In this document: piece after piece, positions 1-12,801 of the stretch
How the letters are laid out: every line of letters begins with the position of its first letter
Position numbering within the stretch: the stretch's first letter is position 1
NCBI GenBank assembly: GCA_038496445.1
Contig: JALMLS010000571.1
Location: 62,001-126,000, forward strand
Length of the DNA stretch: 64,000 bases
Direction of reading: 5' to 3'
Origin: Trichosphaerium sp. ATCC 40318
Taxonomy: Eukaryota; Protista; Tubulinea
The notes under the pieces: generated by a model
What the model was told of the DNA's origin: nothing
The model's input: the letters and a program-made list of their open reading frames with translations, nothing else
The model's database searches: none
Made by a program: the position numbers and the translations under genes

Positions 1-137
1 TAGTTCCACCTCACGCCAACAGCGAATCTGTTACTTTGGTTTTAAGATGATTCACATATATAAGTACACAAAAGGGAAAAAGAAAAACGTTGAAACAATA
101 AATAAGGATTAGTTTTTACATCAGATTTTCTTTTTCA

Positions 138-2162
138 TTACGACGATATTCTGAGGACGTCAAAGTCATTTCGTTGTGTCAGTTGATCTATACTGATTGG
201 TATTGCCCTCGGGTATACGTTGGTGTGTATAGGATATGATTCTATTGCTGTAGTTGCCTGTAGTTGACTGTCGAGTATTGAGAAAGAAGAGTTCGAATCG
301 CTCTTTGCTTCTGCTTCAACCTTTCCTGGGATAAAAAGTGGTTGTGGTTTTACAACACCTGACCGTGACAGACGTGCACGTTTGCGTCTGTGTATATGTG
401 CTTTGATGTCACTATTCTTTTGGATGTCAGATGACTCTGGTGGAGTTGGTTTTTTTCGTTTCAAGTTCAAATTTGTACAGAACTTTGGCGCTTTGATTTG
501 TTGGTGATGAAGTGGTGAACATTGTGTAGGATGTCTCATACGATCTTTCAATAATACCAGAGAGTTTCTTAACATGCGTATGGTTTTCTAAAACAAAAAA
601 TAAGGTGAGGATCTTTTAAGTTTTTTTTTTTTTCAAGTAAAAGAAGTTTATGTCACGTGAAGAACATGTGATTATTTACCTGTTGTTCAGATATCGTTTT
701 TTGGTATGATACAATATTTTTTTCAAGTTGATGTCTTTTGGATTCGCGCACAGTCGCACGTGCTCTCCATAGATCAACGTTCTTTGTTATCTTTGATACT
801 TCATGTTTGCTGTATTGTTTTTTTGTTTTTGTCATCTTGTTTTGATTTTCTAGGATTAGTCAGTTTTGTCTCGGTGGTATTGGGTCTTTAAAGTAATACC
901 TATGCTCACTACAAGCTTATACAGGCTTTCAGGGATATCAAAATCTAAACCTGAGGTTGGATCTGTCAGTACAATAATGTCGTCGTTTCGTTGAGCGTTC
1001 TAAATAGTTAGAGTTAGTATTATAACGAGTGTACGTGGAGTTCTTGCCATTGTATTGGGTTTTGTTGTTAGAATGAACCTAGGGCACGCGACACATCAAA
1101 TAAAGGAACTTCCACAAATTTGCATTGTGATATAGTGACTCACATGCACTGAATCCGTACCATCCCAGAACCGTTGTTTCAGTTATCCCTACTTTGTTTT
1201 TGTGAGTTTTTACCTTAATGAAATAAACCAAAAGTGAAGTGGTACGATTGTAAGTATGCCTTCATCGCAATAAATACAGTTTTACTTGTTTAAAGCTTCG
1301 AGGTTTTTCGTGACGGTCTCATTTCACTTAACATTTCCTGAAAGATCGTCACTATTTTAATGATCTGTAATGCAACATAGACATACCACACAGTGGGTAA
1401 CTTTGCATAGCAACTTTTTATATTTTTCGTATAAATCATGAGAAGTGTATTTTTCTCCGAAGTGCGAAGCTTTCTTGAACAGCTATTCATAAACGATGTG
1501 AGTATGTAAGCACTAGGGCTAATAAAAAACAATGAATCTGAATAATTGCCGTTTGAAGGTTTCACGTGATTAGTGTACTTTGTTTTTTCTTCAGCAAATT
1601 GTGTTTTTGCAAGTTGCAAGTTTCACAAAAAAAGATTAATACTTAGAAATCTGTTTTATTCAACATACAGCGGGCTGCTCCAGATACCCTCGTTTTCTAT
1701 ACAAACACATTTTGTTCTTAATAGTAAAGAATACAGCAACACCAATAATACAACTACCAGTTAGATATAAAAAAGAACAATAAAAAGTTGTTTGATTCTT
1801 TTCACCTCTATTTGTGATTCACTTATCTGCGTCAATGCAATACTTCAAAGGTACAGGCTTTTGTATACATAGTTGCTCACCTATGATATCTAGCTTCGGC
1901 AACCATTGCTGAGAACAACATATTCGATACTTCCTATTGCCTACAAATATGAAAATCCAGTTGTTAGCTTGCCTTGCATGTGGAGTTAATTGAACAAAAC
2001 GAAATACCTACAATCACACTTTATGTGAAAAAATAAAATACGTATAAAAAACTTCTAAACTTTCACCAGGTCTAAGCCAACAGTTGTAGCATAGAACCTT
2101 GAAAGGTAACCGTCTCTAGGAAGTAGTTTGACTCCATAATCTAAGGCAACTTTAAACGGCAT
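138..2162 (-). CDS. Hypothetical multi-exon protein (model unresolved)
   Basis: Co-oriented minus-strand exon-like frames (138-575, 653-850, 900-1000, 1290-1619, 2060-2162) with GT..AG boundaries. The join SGLDFDIPESLYKLVVSI|ENQNKMTKT is in frame, but the 5' half could not be spliced cleanly. No family recognised. Confidence 0.4.
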
Positions 2163-2235
2163 TCTGAAATGTTGTACAATTTGACGCAGTTAAGCCAGGA
2201 TATCATTCTTTTAACCTCATGGGCAGTATTACTGT

Positions 2236-4233
2236 ATGAGCTCTAAGTTGGTGATATTTGGAGATAATTTCAAGAGCTACTTGGACAGCCGAAGCTACGC
2301 AGACGTTACTATTAAATTAGGCAACGGCAAAGGTATATTGACGCGTAATTAGAGGGTTTATTTGACGTTTTGTAGAGTTTGCGTGCCATAGAATTATTCT
2401 TAGCCTAAACTCTGCCTACTTCTGTAAAGAGTGCAAAAAGTTTGAAAAAAGAGATAAACGGCAACTCTCGTTTGATATCAAGTTCGATAACGAAAAATTG
2501 TATGATGCGTTTCCAGATGTGCTTAATTACATCTACGGCAAACCTATAACGCTCACAACCGAGTCGTTGTTCCCTGTAATTACGCTTGCGAAACGGTTTG
2601 AGATTGAACAGCTAAAACACCTCGTTGAGGCGTTTCTAGAGCATGAACTAGATAAAACAAAGGCTGTCACGTTCTTAAAGGTATTTCTAATCAAATTTGC
2701 TTTCTAAACGTCAAACTATGCTAAAACAAATAAAAAAATAGGAGTCATTGCGTTACGGACAAAAAGAAATCATGAAACAATGCGTAAACGTCTTGGCGCG
2801 TAATTTTCAAGTAATGGTTGACGAAAACCCAAAGTTCACCTTGGCTTGGCTCCCATACGAACTCTTCATCGCCATCACCAAATCAAGCTTATTGTATGTC
2901 ACAAATGAAGTCTCTTTGTTAGAATTTATTAGGTATGAAAGCTCAGTAATCACGTGTGTTGTAGTTTTGTTTGCTGAGGTTTTTTTTTTTCACTCTAGAA
3001 ATTATATTGTTGCAAGGAGCAAAGCAGATAAAAAATTGAAGCCTAAACAAATCACAAATTTATGGAAGACAGTTCATTGGCCAGAGCTTGATTATACTCA
3101 ATTGGTTAATGTATATCAAGATGATAGCTGCCAAGGAGTTGTAAGTATAACTTGAAATTTATTTTTATCCTTTCTTTTTTTTTTCTCATCTGTATTCTTA
3201 TGGATTTTAGGACGACTACCTTGCGGAAGGTATAATATACAGAATAGCTAAGTTAGAAGGGGTTATTACAAACTCGGATCTTCCTAGAAGGTAGACAGTA
3301 CTGTAGTTTTAATCGGATTTTATTATTAATATTTTGCGTTTTATTTAGATCTCAAGTCCGTTCCAATCGTGGCAGACTTTTTGTCTATAAAAATGATCTG
3401 GATGAGAATGGTATCATGCATTTTCTTGGTGCAAGTTCAGTAATGCTTGGGTATAATTGGTGTAACCCTACAATACCTGGTACGTTATAAAACAAACTTT
3501 TTTTGAATTTACTCCTTGTGTTAGGCAAAGTGTTGCTTGAGGCTTCTTCTAAAGCAAAGGGAGATGTACGTAGTTCGCCTCTTTTATGATTTACTAATGT
3601 TATGCCATCAAGGTTAACGACATCGTTGGGAAAGGGTTGACTGAGTTTTGGACTATGGGCATACCAGCGAGCTGGATTATGGTACTTTTTTTTCCAATTT
3701 TCTTGTTTCATGTTGCTACCCTTCTTAATGTGAATCAAAAGGTCAACTTTGTGGACAAGAAGCTAGCACCAACCGCTTATACTATGAGACACGGAGCAAA
3801 CTCGCGCATGGACGCACTGAGAAGCTGGGTGTTGCAGGTATGAAATAGATTGAAAAGAAGGCAAATCAACATGAACTCATTGTTTTACTTCAAAGGCAAC
3901 AAATGATCCCACTGGTGAGAGATGGACAGTACTTTCTCGTCATACGAATGATTGTTCTCTTAATGGAAGATTTGCTTCTCATACATGGCAGATAAAAGAA
4001 CCAAAGAAGCCTTATCAGTATTTTAGAATTTTACAAACTGGAAAAAACTCTGGGTAAGTTGTTGGTTTTTTTTTTTTGTTTTGTAGACATCCTTGTGCTA
4101 AATTGTTTTGTGTTACTCAAGTGGTAATGATTTTTTGGCATTGTCAGATATAGAATTTTATGGAGAGCTATTCCTCCCTGCCAAATGGAAAAGAAAAGAT
4201 AAGAAACAACGTGTACAAAAGAAGAAAGACTAG
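2236..4233 (+). CDS. BTB/POZ-BACK protein with C-terminal F5/8-type (discoidin/galactose-binding-like) domain, At2g30600/HECTD1-domain-like
   Basis: Spliced: MSSKLVIFGDNFKSYLDSRSYADVTIKLGNGKEFACHRIILSLNSAYF (BTB); BACK-like LLYVTNEVSLLEFI; C-terminal DLDENGIMHFLG...PTAYTMRHG...DALRSWVLQ...YQYFRILQTGKNSG...LSDIEFYG; TAG at 4231-4233. Confidence 0.85.
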
Positions 4234-4552
4234 AAATAAAATAATAAAAAAAAACACATGTCAAATGTGTGCTCGTTGTCGTACCTCATAGAACTAAACA
4301 AGCTCTTGAGGTTGTTAAAATAACTTTACCTTCGTACGCGGGGTTATTGGGGTTCAATTGGTTTGGTCTATTGTCAACTTCGCGTTGAATACAAAGGTGC
4401 GCTTGGTTGTAGGTAGGAATCTCGTTCATCTGCTGGAATACCTAGAGACCAAGAAAAAACCCCATAAAACACACGGCCAGTAAGCCTTTTGGGTTCTTAA
4501 GACAGGAACTTTTATGAGAGGATAGAATATCTTTATTGAAGACATTTTATGT

Positions 4553-6227
4553 TTATAGCAGACCGTGGCGTTCCAATATCGCATCTACAGCAATCTCTAC
4601 ATCATCATAAACGTATTTGCCTGGGTTGGTAGGATCATTATCACCTTGGAATACGCCTGTGCGAGTTAATACGGACACCCATGGATCTCCAGCATCGTTG
4701 GCACCCTAGTCATTTTATTAACAATCACAGACTTCAAAACAGTTTATTTGCTTACCTTGATGTCAGCTTGTGGGTTGTCTCCAATGCCGTAAATAACATC
4801 AACAGACGGTAGACCAACTTGTTTTGCTTGATCTGTCAAAATAGATCTAACATGATCATATGTGACCTTCTTTGGCTTTCCGAACGTTGTGTATTTAATA
4901 TCATTACCAGTCATATGTTTAAAAAGCGCTTGAGTAAGAAAAAATGATTAACAGTCCTACAACATTTCAAAGTACCTGAGAGGCATACTGCAAACGCTCC
5001 TTCTAAACAAAAAATGAGACAACGAAAATAACGGATAGTTTTCTTTCAAGCTACAAGACGCGTACGTGCAAATCGTGGCCATCCAAATTCTGCTGCCCAA
5101 GTCACATCAGGGTTCGACATCTGCATAAAACAAGTTAATTAAGACTGATGCTTCCAAATTATTGTAAAATACGGACATATAAAGGGATGTGTTGTTCATC
5201 GCTTAATTCATCAATGCCTGGTAACCCACGTGACCGTAGCACATCAACTATAATCTGCAAAGAAACACAAAATGATTATGCTTTCAATCTATACTATTGT
5301 ACCTGCATGTTGTTACCCCAGTCCTCTGGGTCACTAAAAAAAACATATTAGACGAAGTTGCACGGCCAACTTTTTTCTTTAAAATCACGTGACTTACTTC
5401 ATGACAAATACAGCTCCAATTTTCCTAAGATCAAGTAAGTATACGTAATGGTAGCAAAAAAATCGATGTGGCATACTGTTGTGGGTCTGTTGGGTTCGCT
5501 GTCACATCAACTTTGTATTTATTGAACGGATCAATATGTGGTAATTCTTGATTGTACCCCAAAGCTGTCACTACATTATTGAAGCCGTACCTGTACAGGA
5601 TGTTACAATAACATTATCACAAGGTACATACGATCTTGCTACTGGTTCTAGGTCACCCAAACCTACAACAAGTATGCGTGTGTCACGGTACTTGTCAACA
5701 AGTTGTTGCATTGGAGAATGTGACAGGCAAATTTGAGATGGACATATCTGCTTTAACATTCAACACTGACACCTTTAAAGCATTAAATCGTACGTCTATA
5801 CCAAACCAAGTCGACAACTGCGTTGCTGAAGGTATGTTAGCAAATACCAACCGTTGTTGTTGCTGTCGCACCTTTTCGGGCTTCTGTCATTCCGCCACCG
5901 TTCTATTTGCGTAATAAACGCCGGTATAGTGTTACTAGGGAACGTACAGTCATAAATGCTATAGGGATTTTAGATTTTAGCTCGTCAAGCTTTTTTAGCG
6001 ACTGTATTGCTTGTGGAAATATTTTTCGTCCCCTATGACATGTTTTAGTTAATTTTGCGCTTACAAACAAGTGACACGCACCTAATTAATACGCCATCTA
6101 TATCAAACGCAATAGCAGGTGTTTTGCTTGCATCTTTAGTTGAGTAAGTTCGTTTGCGTTTCAGAGATGTTCTAGAGCATCTCGATGCTATTTTGGTGCA
6201 GGTTTGTTGGCGTGTAAGTGCTCTCAT
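4553..6227 (-). CDS. HDHD5: HAD-superfamily IIA hydrolase, CECR5/HDHD5-like, with probable mitochondrial presequence
   Basis: Motif I AIAFDIDGVLIRG, SNPD, FGKP, and YGIGDNPQADIKGANDAG..WVSVLTRTGVF; Arg/Ser/Thr-rich N-terminus. Confidence 0.9.
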
Positions 6228-6728
6228 CTTGTACTTGCTCCAGTTGCATGAACTTAAGTCAATTTCTCTGAATGTTGTTTATCATTGTCACAAACCAATA
6301 ATTACACCAAATGGGCAACTGTTGCGAGCATGTAGAAGTAGATGAGAGCCTGGGCAGTACTACATACATGCCAAGGTGTTGTGCAATATTTTCATGTGGC
6401 TTGGCGCCTATTACTGCTGTTCTATGTAGGTCATGCTGCTGCGTGCGCGTACAATCTAATGAGTACGATTACCCAGGCAGTTAGATAGGGAGTGTATTAT
6501 AAGCATCCTACGGGCTAAAACTGGCGCAAACAGACACTAATAAGCGCTTTCGAACAATAATGAAGAAAATGTAAATTTAGACCAACACAAAAAAATGTTG
6601 ACAATTCACTTAACAAATTGCATGGATGTTTGCGATTACAATGTAAATAAAAGACGATGTAGTATCACCATTTTGTTTGTACAACTTGTGAAATCACCAA
6701 TCACGTTTTCTAAGCCGTCAGTATCGAT

Positions 6729-8121
6729 TCAAACTCGAGTTGACATTTCACTGTCCAAATATTTTGCTGTTGACCTCCTTCTCCACCAACCGCTTTTTAA
6801 TAAAAATAGTTTCTTGAGGGTATGAAAAAATTGAATGCGAACACTCGGTGTTAATCCGAAGTACAACGCTGCATTCACGAACCCTTGAAGTGGGTCAAAA
6901 ATAACCTTAATAAGAAGTTAGAAAGAAAACGAAACAACTAGAAAAATGAAGGAAACCTGAAAGAATGCAACCCAAACATTACGCTCAGTCTGATCTACAG
7001 TAGCATTAAAGAATGTTTGTTATGCGCAAAAAAAAACTCCACGTGCTTAAATTCGCAAATTCGAGCATGTGATGTATACTTCCAGGTATGCGAACAAGTA
7101 CAAACACTAGAGGAATGAACAATAGAGTATGTTGTAATGTGAGATTAGATTCAGAATTTCTATCATTTAAGAACCTAGGAAAGAGCAGAATCCACATGGG
7201 AATGCAAATTGAAGGAAGGCGGTATGCGAGCCAGTAGTGTACTGTTTTGCCCCTTGTCATTTCAGTTGATATCCAACACCTAAAATTATATTATTATTTC
7301 GTCTTGGCGATATCTCAAATATTTCGCAACGCAACGCTGCTCGCACATAGCAAAAAAACATCGAATGGTATTTATTACTTACCATGGTGCTTTATCTATC
7401 AAATCCGACACTGGATCTTGCAAGTAGGCAAAACCCATTGCAACTGTAGGTAGTAACTATAAACTGTGAGTACTAAAACAGTCGACAACGGGGATATACC
7501 CAAGCGACTATGTAACTCAGTCTCAAGTACTTTATCCACTTATTACTTGGCCAAATTAAAGAAGCAATCATGTACATTGAAACGACCACTAACCATGATG
7601 AGAACAAATCAAACACTAATAAAAACGTGCAAAACTGAAATATACAGTACCCGTTAATGTACAAGATGCAGTACCAGCTGCGCCAGACACGAGTGCTTGA
7701 ACAATGCTACTACCATCCTATTTATTAGTAGACACGTGAGATGCATTCGCTGGCGTTTTCTATACTCACATTGGCGTGATGAAAAAGTGACCACAAGAAT
7801 GCAGTTACAAATATAAAATCGGCAAGACTACAGGTTATGAGCTGTTGTGAGTCCAGCTGAACCTTCTTTACCTTATCATCACTAGTCCCTCGGCAGCAGG
7901 CGATTTTTTTCGGGAAACGCAAATCGATACAACAATAGAGAGGGCGCTAAATGCGGATAAAGTCCTAAACAACAATTTTTAATGTGCTATCCCAAAAAAT
8001 TCGAAAGATAGGATCCTCATCAAACTTACGAGCTTGTATACATCACAACTTCAGCAATACCACCCTCTCGTTCCAAGTATATCGCTGGAGCCACATCAGT
8101 AATGCTGTTTTGTGACAACAT
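6729..8121 (-). CDS. 7TM GPCR, cAMP-receptor-like (cAR/Crl/GCR1 family)
   Basis: Spliced TM segments with family motifs LVMISLADFIF, ASLIWP, WCWIS, LFIPLVFVLVRIPGSI, LDPLQGFVNAALYFG. Confidence 0.8.
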
Positions 8122-8370
8122 CGCAACGACAATTTATACGCCGCACCACGTGTACAACGTGCGTAACTTATAAAGTCTTGGCGTTTCTAATTCAACAAAG
8201 AACAGCATAAGCCAAAAAACCTTCCGTCCATCACATTCACCAACCTGATATTTATCGCTCTTTAAATTCATGGGTCATCAAGCCTGAATCTAGACTAATT
8301 ACTTGGTTTGTAGTTCCGTTCTTTATTTTTTTTTTACATTTCTACTTTACAAATTTTTTTTTTTTCCTTC

Positions 8371-9093
8371 TTACTCATCTGCATCTTCCTCGTCTTCGTC
8401 ATCATCAAAAGACAACATTATCCTTTTTTTCTTTTCAGCGGCAGTCTGAGCTTTACGGGCCTTGGCGGATGATGGCTTATACTTGTTTGTGCTTGCTAAT
8501 TTTTGTTTTTTTCGCATCTCGGTTAACTTTTTGTTTTCTGGTTTCCTCTTCTTTAGATTCTCTGGAATAGCTTCTTTCTGTGGTACGTAGTTAATATCCT
8601 CCATTTGCTTTGCTTTTGGCTTGAAAACATGAGTCGTTTCTTTAGTAACGGCGAAACGTGAGTTTGCTCTTGCTATCTCGCCCTCCTCTTCTATCTTCTT
8701 TTCAAGCTTGTTTTCGTGTTTTTGTTTCTCCTCTGTCCAATTGTTAATACACCACCTGAATACGCGAAATTTGGTTACTGCGCAACCCAGAAGAGCATTT
8801 ACAGGCCAAAATAAATTCGAAAAACTCATTTTTATGACAGAATACTATGTCGTACCTACTGACACTTCAAATCGATCATTCATTAAACGTTGTTGCAATG
8901 CGTATTCGCTGACTAAATGTTTTGGTGCCAGAAACGCTGGAGCTTCTTCAGGCATATCAGGTCTCTCCCTGGCTTGCATTTCGTGCTCTCGCGCGGCTCG
9001 GTTAGCCCTATCATCAAAACGCTGTAAAAACGACGGTTTAGCGCTCATGTATTCTAAAGTACGGCCTGCTAAGCCTTTCTTTTCCTTTGACAT
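8371..9093 (-). CDS. DUF4604 / KIAA1143-like small charged protein
   Basis: N-terminal LEYMSAKPSFLQRF, central RPDMPEEAP, Lys-rich C-terminus ending MLSFDDDEDEEDADE, the typical layout of this family. Confidence 0.65.
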
Positions 9094-9205
9094 GCTTATT
9101 GTATTACTGCCTTTGGCAGATGAAAAGTCAACGCTGTTAGCGACTTTTTGTACAACTACATTCAAAAACCAACGGTTATTTTACCGCCATTTGCTCTAGC
9201 ACATA
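9094..9205. promoter_or_regulatory. Putative bidirectional promoter (DUF4604 / 53BP1-like)
   Basis: Divergent ATGs only 112 nt apart. Confidence 0.6.
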
Positions 9206-12200
9206 ATGAGCACCAACAGTGAGTATCAACGACTTGTGGTTCCCGCTAATTGTTTTAGATACGAATGTTAGCTCTTTTGAACCTTTCGAGAACCCAGACG
9301 ACATTTCTGGTACGTTCATGCCTATGTAATTGGCTCTAAGATGTTTTAGACGACAATTCGTCAAGTGAGTCTGAAGGTGGGATAGAGAGCCCAGGTAGTT
9401 CTGAAGATGAAAGCATGATGCCTAGCGCCGTGTTTGGTATGTTCTAACACTATTTTTACCGGTATGTGTTCCGCGAATTGACACTTTTATTTGCAGAAGA
9501 TATAAAAATGCCGGTTGGAGATGATGGTACTCGAACATAGCAAGTACAGCGTCTAAAACATTTTTATTAGGTTCATTCGTTATTCCTCTCAACGACGAAA
9601 CACCACGTACGCTAGAATCCTTGCAAAAACGTGACAATAAGTAACCGACATTAGAGAAACCAAAGATACCCATGATAGCTGATAAAACCTCTGAAGAAGA
9701 CGACGAGGAAGCAGAAGCTTCGCTACCACCTGAGCAGAGGTATGTCGCTATAATCCTTAGTTTGTATGTGTTGCTAACACTCGTACAGTCTGACACCAGA
9801 AAGAGCGTCATTTCGTGAGCCTCTTACTTGTTCTCCAACACAGGTACTTTTCTCTTTTTTTTCAGAATTTTGAACCAGTTTGTTAATCAGTTTTTATAGC
9901 GTCCACCAAGACCGGAAATATCCTCTGCATCTGATTCTGAGACTGTAGTTACACCTGCAGCAGAGCTTGCAAAGGCCCTTAGCCGTGCTGCTGATAGTGA
10001 AAGGAGTGATGGGTCTGTCTTTGGTGAAGAGCTTATCATTGATGAACCAGAACCAGAAACACCTAAAAAGAGGATTGTCAAAGTACCCAAGGTAGTCAAA
10101 AGAACACCCAAAGTATGTAGCCTTATTGTATAATACCATGCGGATACTTACATTTACATCAAAGCCTGTACTTCGCAAGGCGGGTAACAGAAAAAAAGGT
10201 GCAAAACATAACAGACGAGTTTCTTTCAGTGATGATGCCAAGAACGTCAAGAAAACGCCTGCGCCTATTGTGTCAACGTCAGAAGGCAGTAAGGACGAAC
10301 GAGAGGATGATTTCCAACTTCCTTCAATGTCACCTTCGTTGCAACGTGAGAATATATTCGGTGGGTCAATGTTCAACACGGCAAGACTTGGAAAGAAGAA
10401 AACTTTCAAAAAATCAGCGGCAAAACCAAAAAAGAAGAAAAAACCTCAACTCAAGCGTACTGTTGCCAGTATAAGCGATGACGTACGTATACTCTGGCAT
10501 ACAGTGTTGTTAAGCAAATTACTAAACCAAGTTTAACGTACACCTAGGATGACTTTTCATTAAAAGAAAATAAACCATTTGCTCCTGAACCTACACCGCT
10601 GAGCGCCTCCCTAGCTGGTCCTGTGACTTCTGACAGTGATGAAGCTGATGCCAGCGTACCTGACGCCCTTGATTCTGCTCCTGAGGAGGCACCAGATCAT
10701 GATAGCCCAGACTCAATGATGGAGGAAGATGACGTACGATAAAGAAAAAAAAACACGTGGTATTTATAATTTTTGAAATAGAACACGTGGTTGTCCAGTA
10801 GAACGAAAATACCAAATGTTGCACCAAAGAAGAAGAGAAGACGAACCATTACTGTAAAACGAAGTAAGCCAACACCAAAGAAGCGTGTGGAGAGCCCTGT
10901 GGAGATAGAAGAACTTGAGTTTCAAGAGCCAGAAGAGTCTGCAGAAGAGAGTGTTTCAGAGACGCCAAAGCAAAAACCAAAGAAGGTTATTGCTAGTAAA
11001 CGCACAAAGCCTACGCCTAGGAAGATTGTCAAGATTAAAAAAACTACGAAAGCAACGCCAAAAAAGACAGCATCAAAACAAGCTGTAACTGAAAAGCCAC
11101 CAAAGAAGAGACGGGCAGTCAAGACTGTATCCAAAAAGACACCGAGGAAAGTACAGAAGGCGCCGTTAAGAGAGAGAAACCTAAACGTTAGTGAAGCTGG
11201 TGCAATGGAGGTACTAAACTGGCAATGAGGTTTTTTTATTGTGATGTTAATTTAACATGTTTTACCTAGACGACCAAGAATATTTCTCCAGTCAAAACAA
11301 GGCGTAGTAGACGCCGCAGAGAAGTCAGTAAGAAACCTGCACAAGAAGAAGAAGAAGAATCTAATGAGTCTGGTTCTAATAACACAGAACAGCAACAACG
11401 TGAGTACATTTACATTTCGGTTTTTTTCTCTTTTTTCTTGAGGCTCATTTTCTGTTTTTAGATACATTAGAAGATTTGAAGGATTGTTTCCCTGCGCCTA
11501 ATGTATGCTCTTCTTGGGTTTTGATTATTAGTAACCAACATACTCTAGGATCTTGGAGCAGGCGATGCATGTGTCAAGCCTTTCAAGGGCATTTCTTTTC
11601 TTGTATCAGGACTCAAATTAGTTCAGGATGGTGATGCCATTTTCCGAAATGTGTATAGAGCTATCACGAGTAATGGTACGCTTGTGATTATTCTCTATTG
11701 GTTTTATAAGTAACCATAAATGTAGGAGGTAGTATAGTGTCTCGAATCCAACGTACCAGAAAGTCAAGGTTAGCAATAACTTTTATACGAGGTTGTAGCT
11801 TAATTTGATTGTAGACGCAAACTGCCTTCGACTGTATTGATTGGTGCCACGCACTCTACATCAAGAAAGTACATGCATGCACTTGCTACAAAGACACCTT
11901 GTCTGCACTACAACTGGGTGCTTCACTGTGAAGAAAACGTGCGTTTATTTTAAGTTGTCGATTCTCCTTTTAACCTTATCTGTAGCAACGCATTTTGGAT
12001 CTTAAAAACTATCTGCTACCTGCAGGTATATCCCTGGAAACAGGCCGAACACTTAAGATGTACGATAGTTATTTCGTAATGTACATCTCCCCTTTCTCAT
12101 CTTTTATAGCCCTGCTGATTGCCTTGATAATGATGTTGAAGAGTCGAATGTATTTGAAGATAAAAGGATAGAACTTAGCGGCACCAAAGACTTTGTAGTA

Positions 12201-12535
12201 AGTACCGAACTCTATGTTACTTTTTATGACTCATGTTTTTACAGGCTGGGTGGAAACAAATTCTTATTGATGCAGGAGCAGTGCCTACTAGTAGGCTGTT
12301 TACTGGTCACGAAAAATTTGATTATGTTTTATGTAATGGCGAATGTTCTGCTCGTGTTAAGTTAGTACCCCTTTTTTTTTTATTACTATTTTGCAAATTA
12401 AAGTTTTGATTGTTTGTTTAAAGGGATCATTGCAAGGAGCTCGGAAAGCCTGTTGTTACGCCAAAGTGGCTACACAATTGCTTGCTTGCACAACAAATTG
12501 TAGATGTGTATGGAAGCCCTGAATACTACTTGTAA
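9206..12535 (+). CDS. TP53BP1: 53BP1/Crb2/Rad9-like DNA-damage checkpoint mediator (tandem BRCT C-terminus, long K/E/P/S-rich low-complexity N-terminus)
   Basis: PFKGISFLVSG...RKYMHALATKTPCLHYNWVLHC...KNYLLPAGISLE matches the 53BP1 BRCT1/linker signature (NYLLPAGYSLE); BRCT2 WKQILIDAGA...PVVTPKWLHNCL. ATG 9206 splices in frame through the first exons. Confidence 0.75.
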
Positions 12536-12801
12536 TTTAACAAAAAACCAGAAAAGTCTACATCTTGCTAAGTCCTTTCAAAAAAAAGCAAGTCAGTTTG
12601 TACAATAAAATAACAAAATAGTCAAATCAAACTTGTTTACGAGGTCTACAAAGCTGTTTTCATACTCAATGAATCTGCAACTCGGTTTAAGTCAATTTTT
12701 GCTTGAAACAATTGAGGTCCTTGGTTTTGGCTGGCAAATCACTGTAGGTCCTTATTTGTACTTATTGCGGTTTGTGAAACTCTTGATTGGTTGCAAGCAC
12801 C

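Noticed and set aside
1290-1310. ORF ending in SKL
   Set aside because: This ORF end probably runs into intron sequence of an unresolved gene, so it is not a demonstrated C-terminus.
1700-2162. Weak resemblance to the Rec8/Rad21 N-terminus (LLPRDGYLSRFY; LYLTGSCIIGV)
   Set aside because: The segments could not be spliced into one frame and no kleisin C-terminal winged-helix motif is visible.
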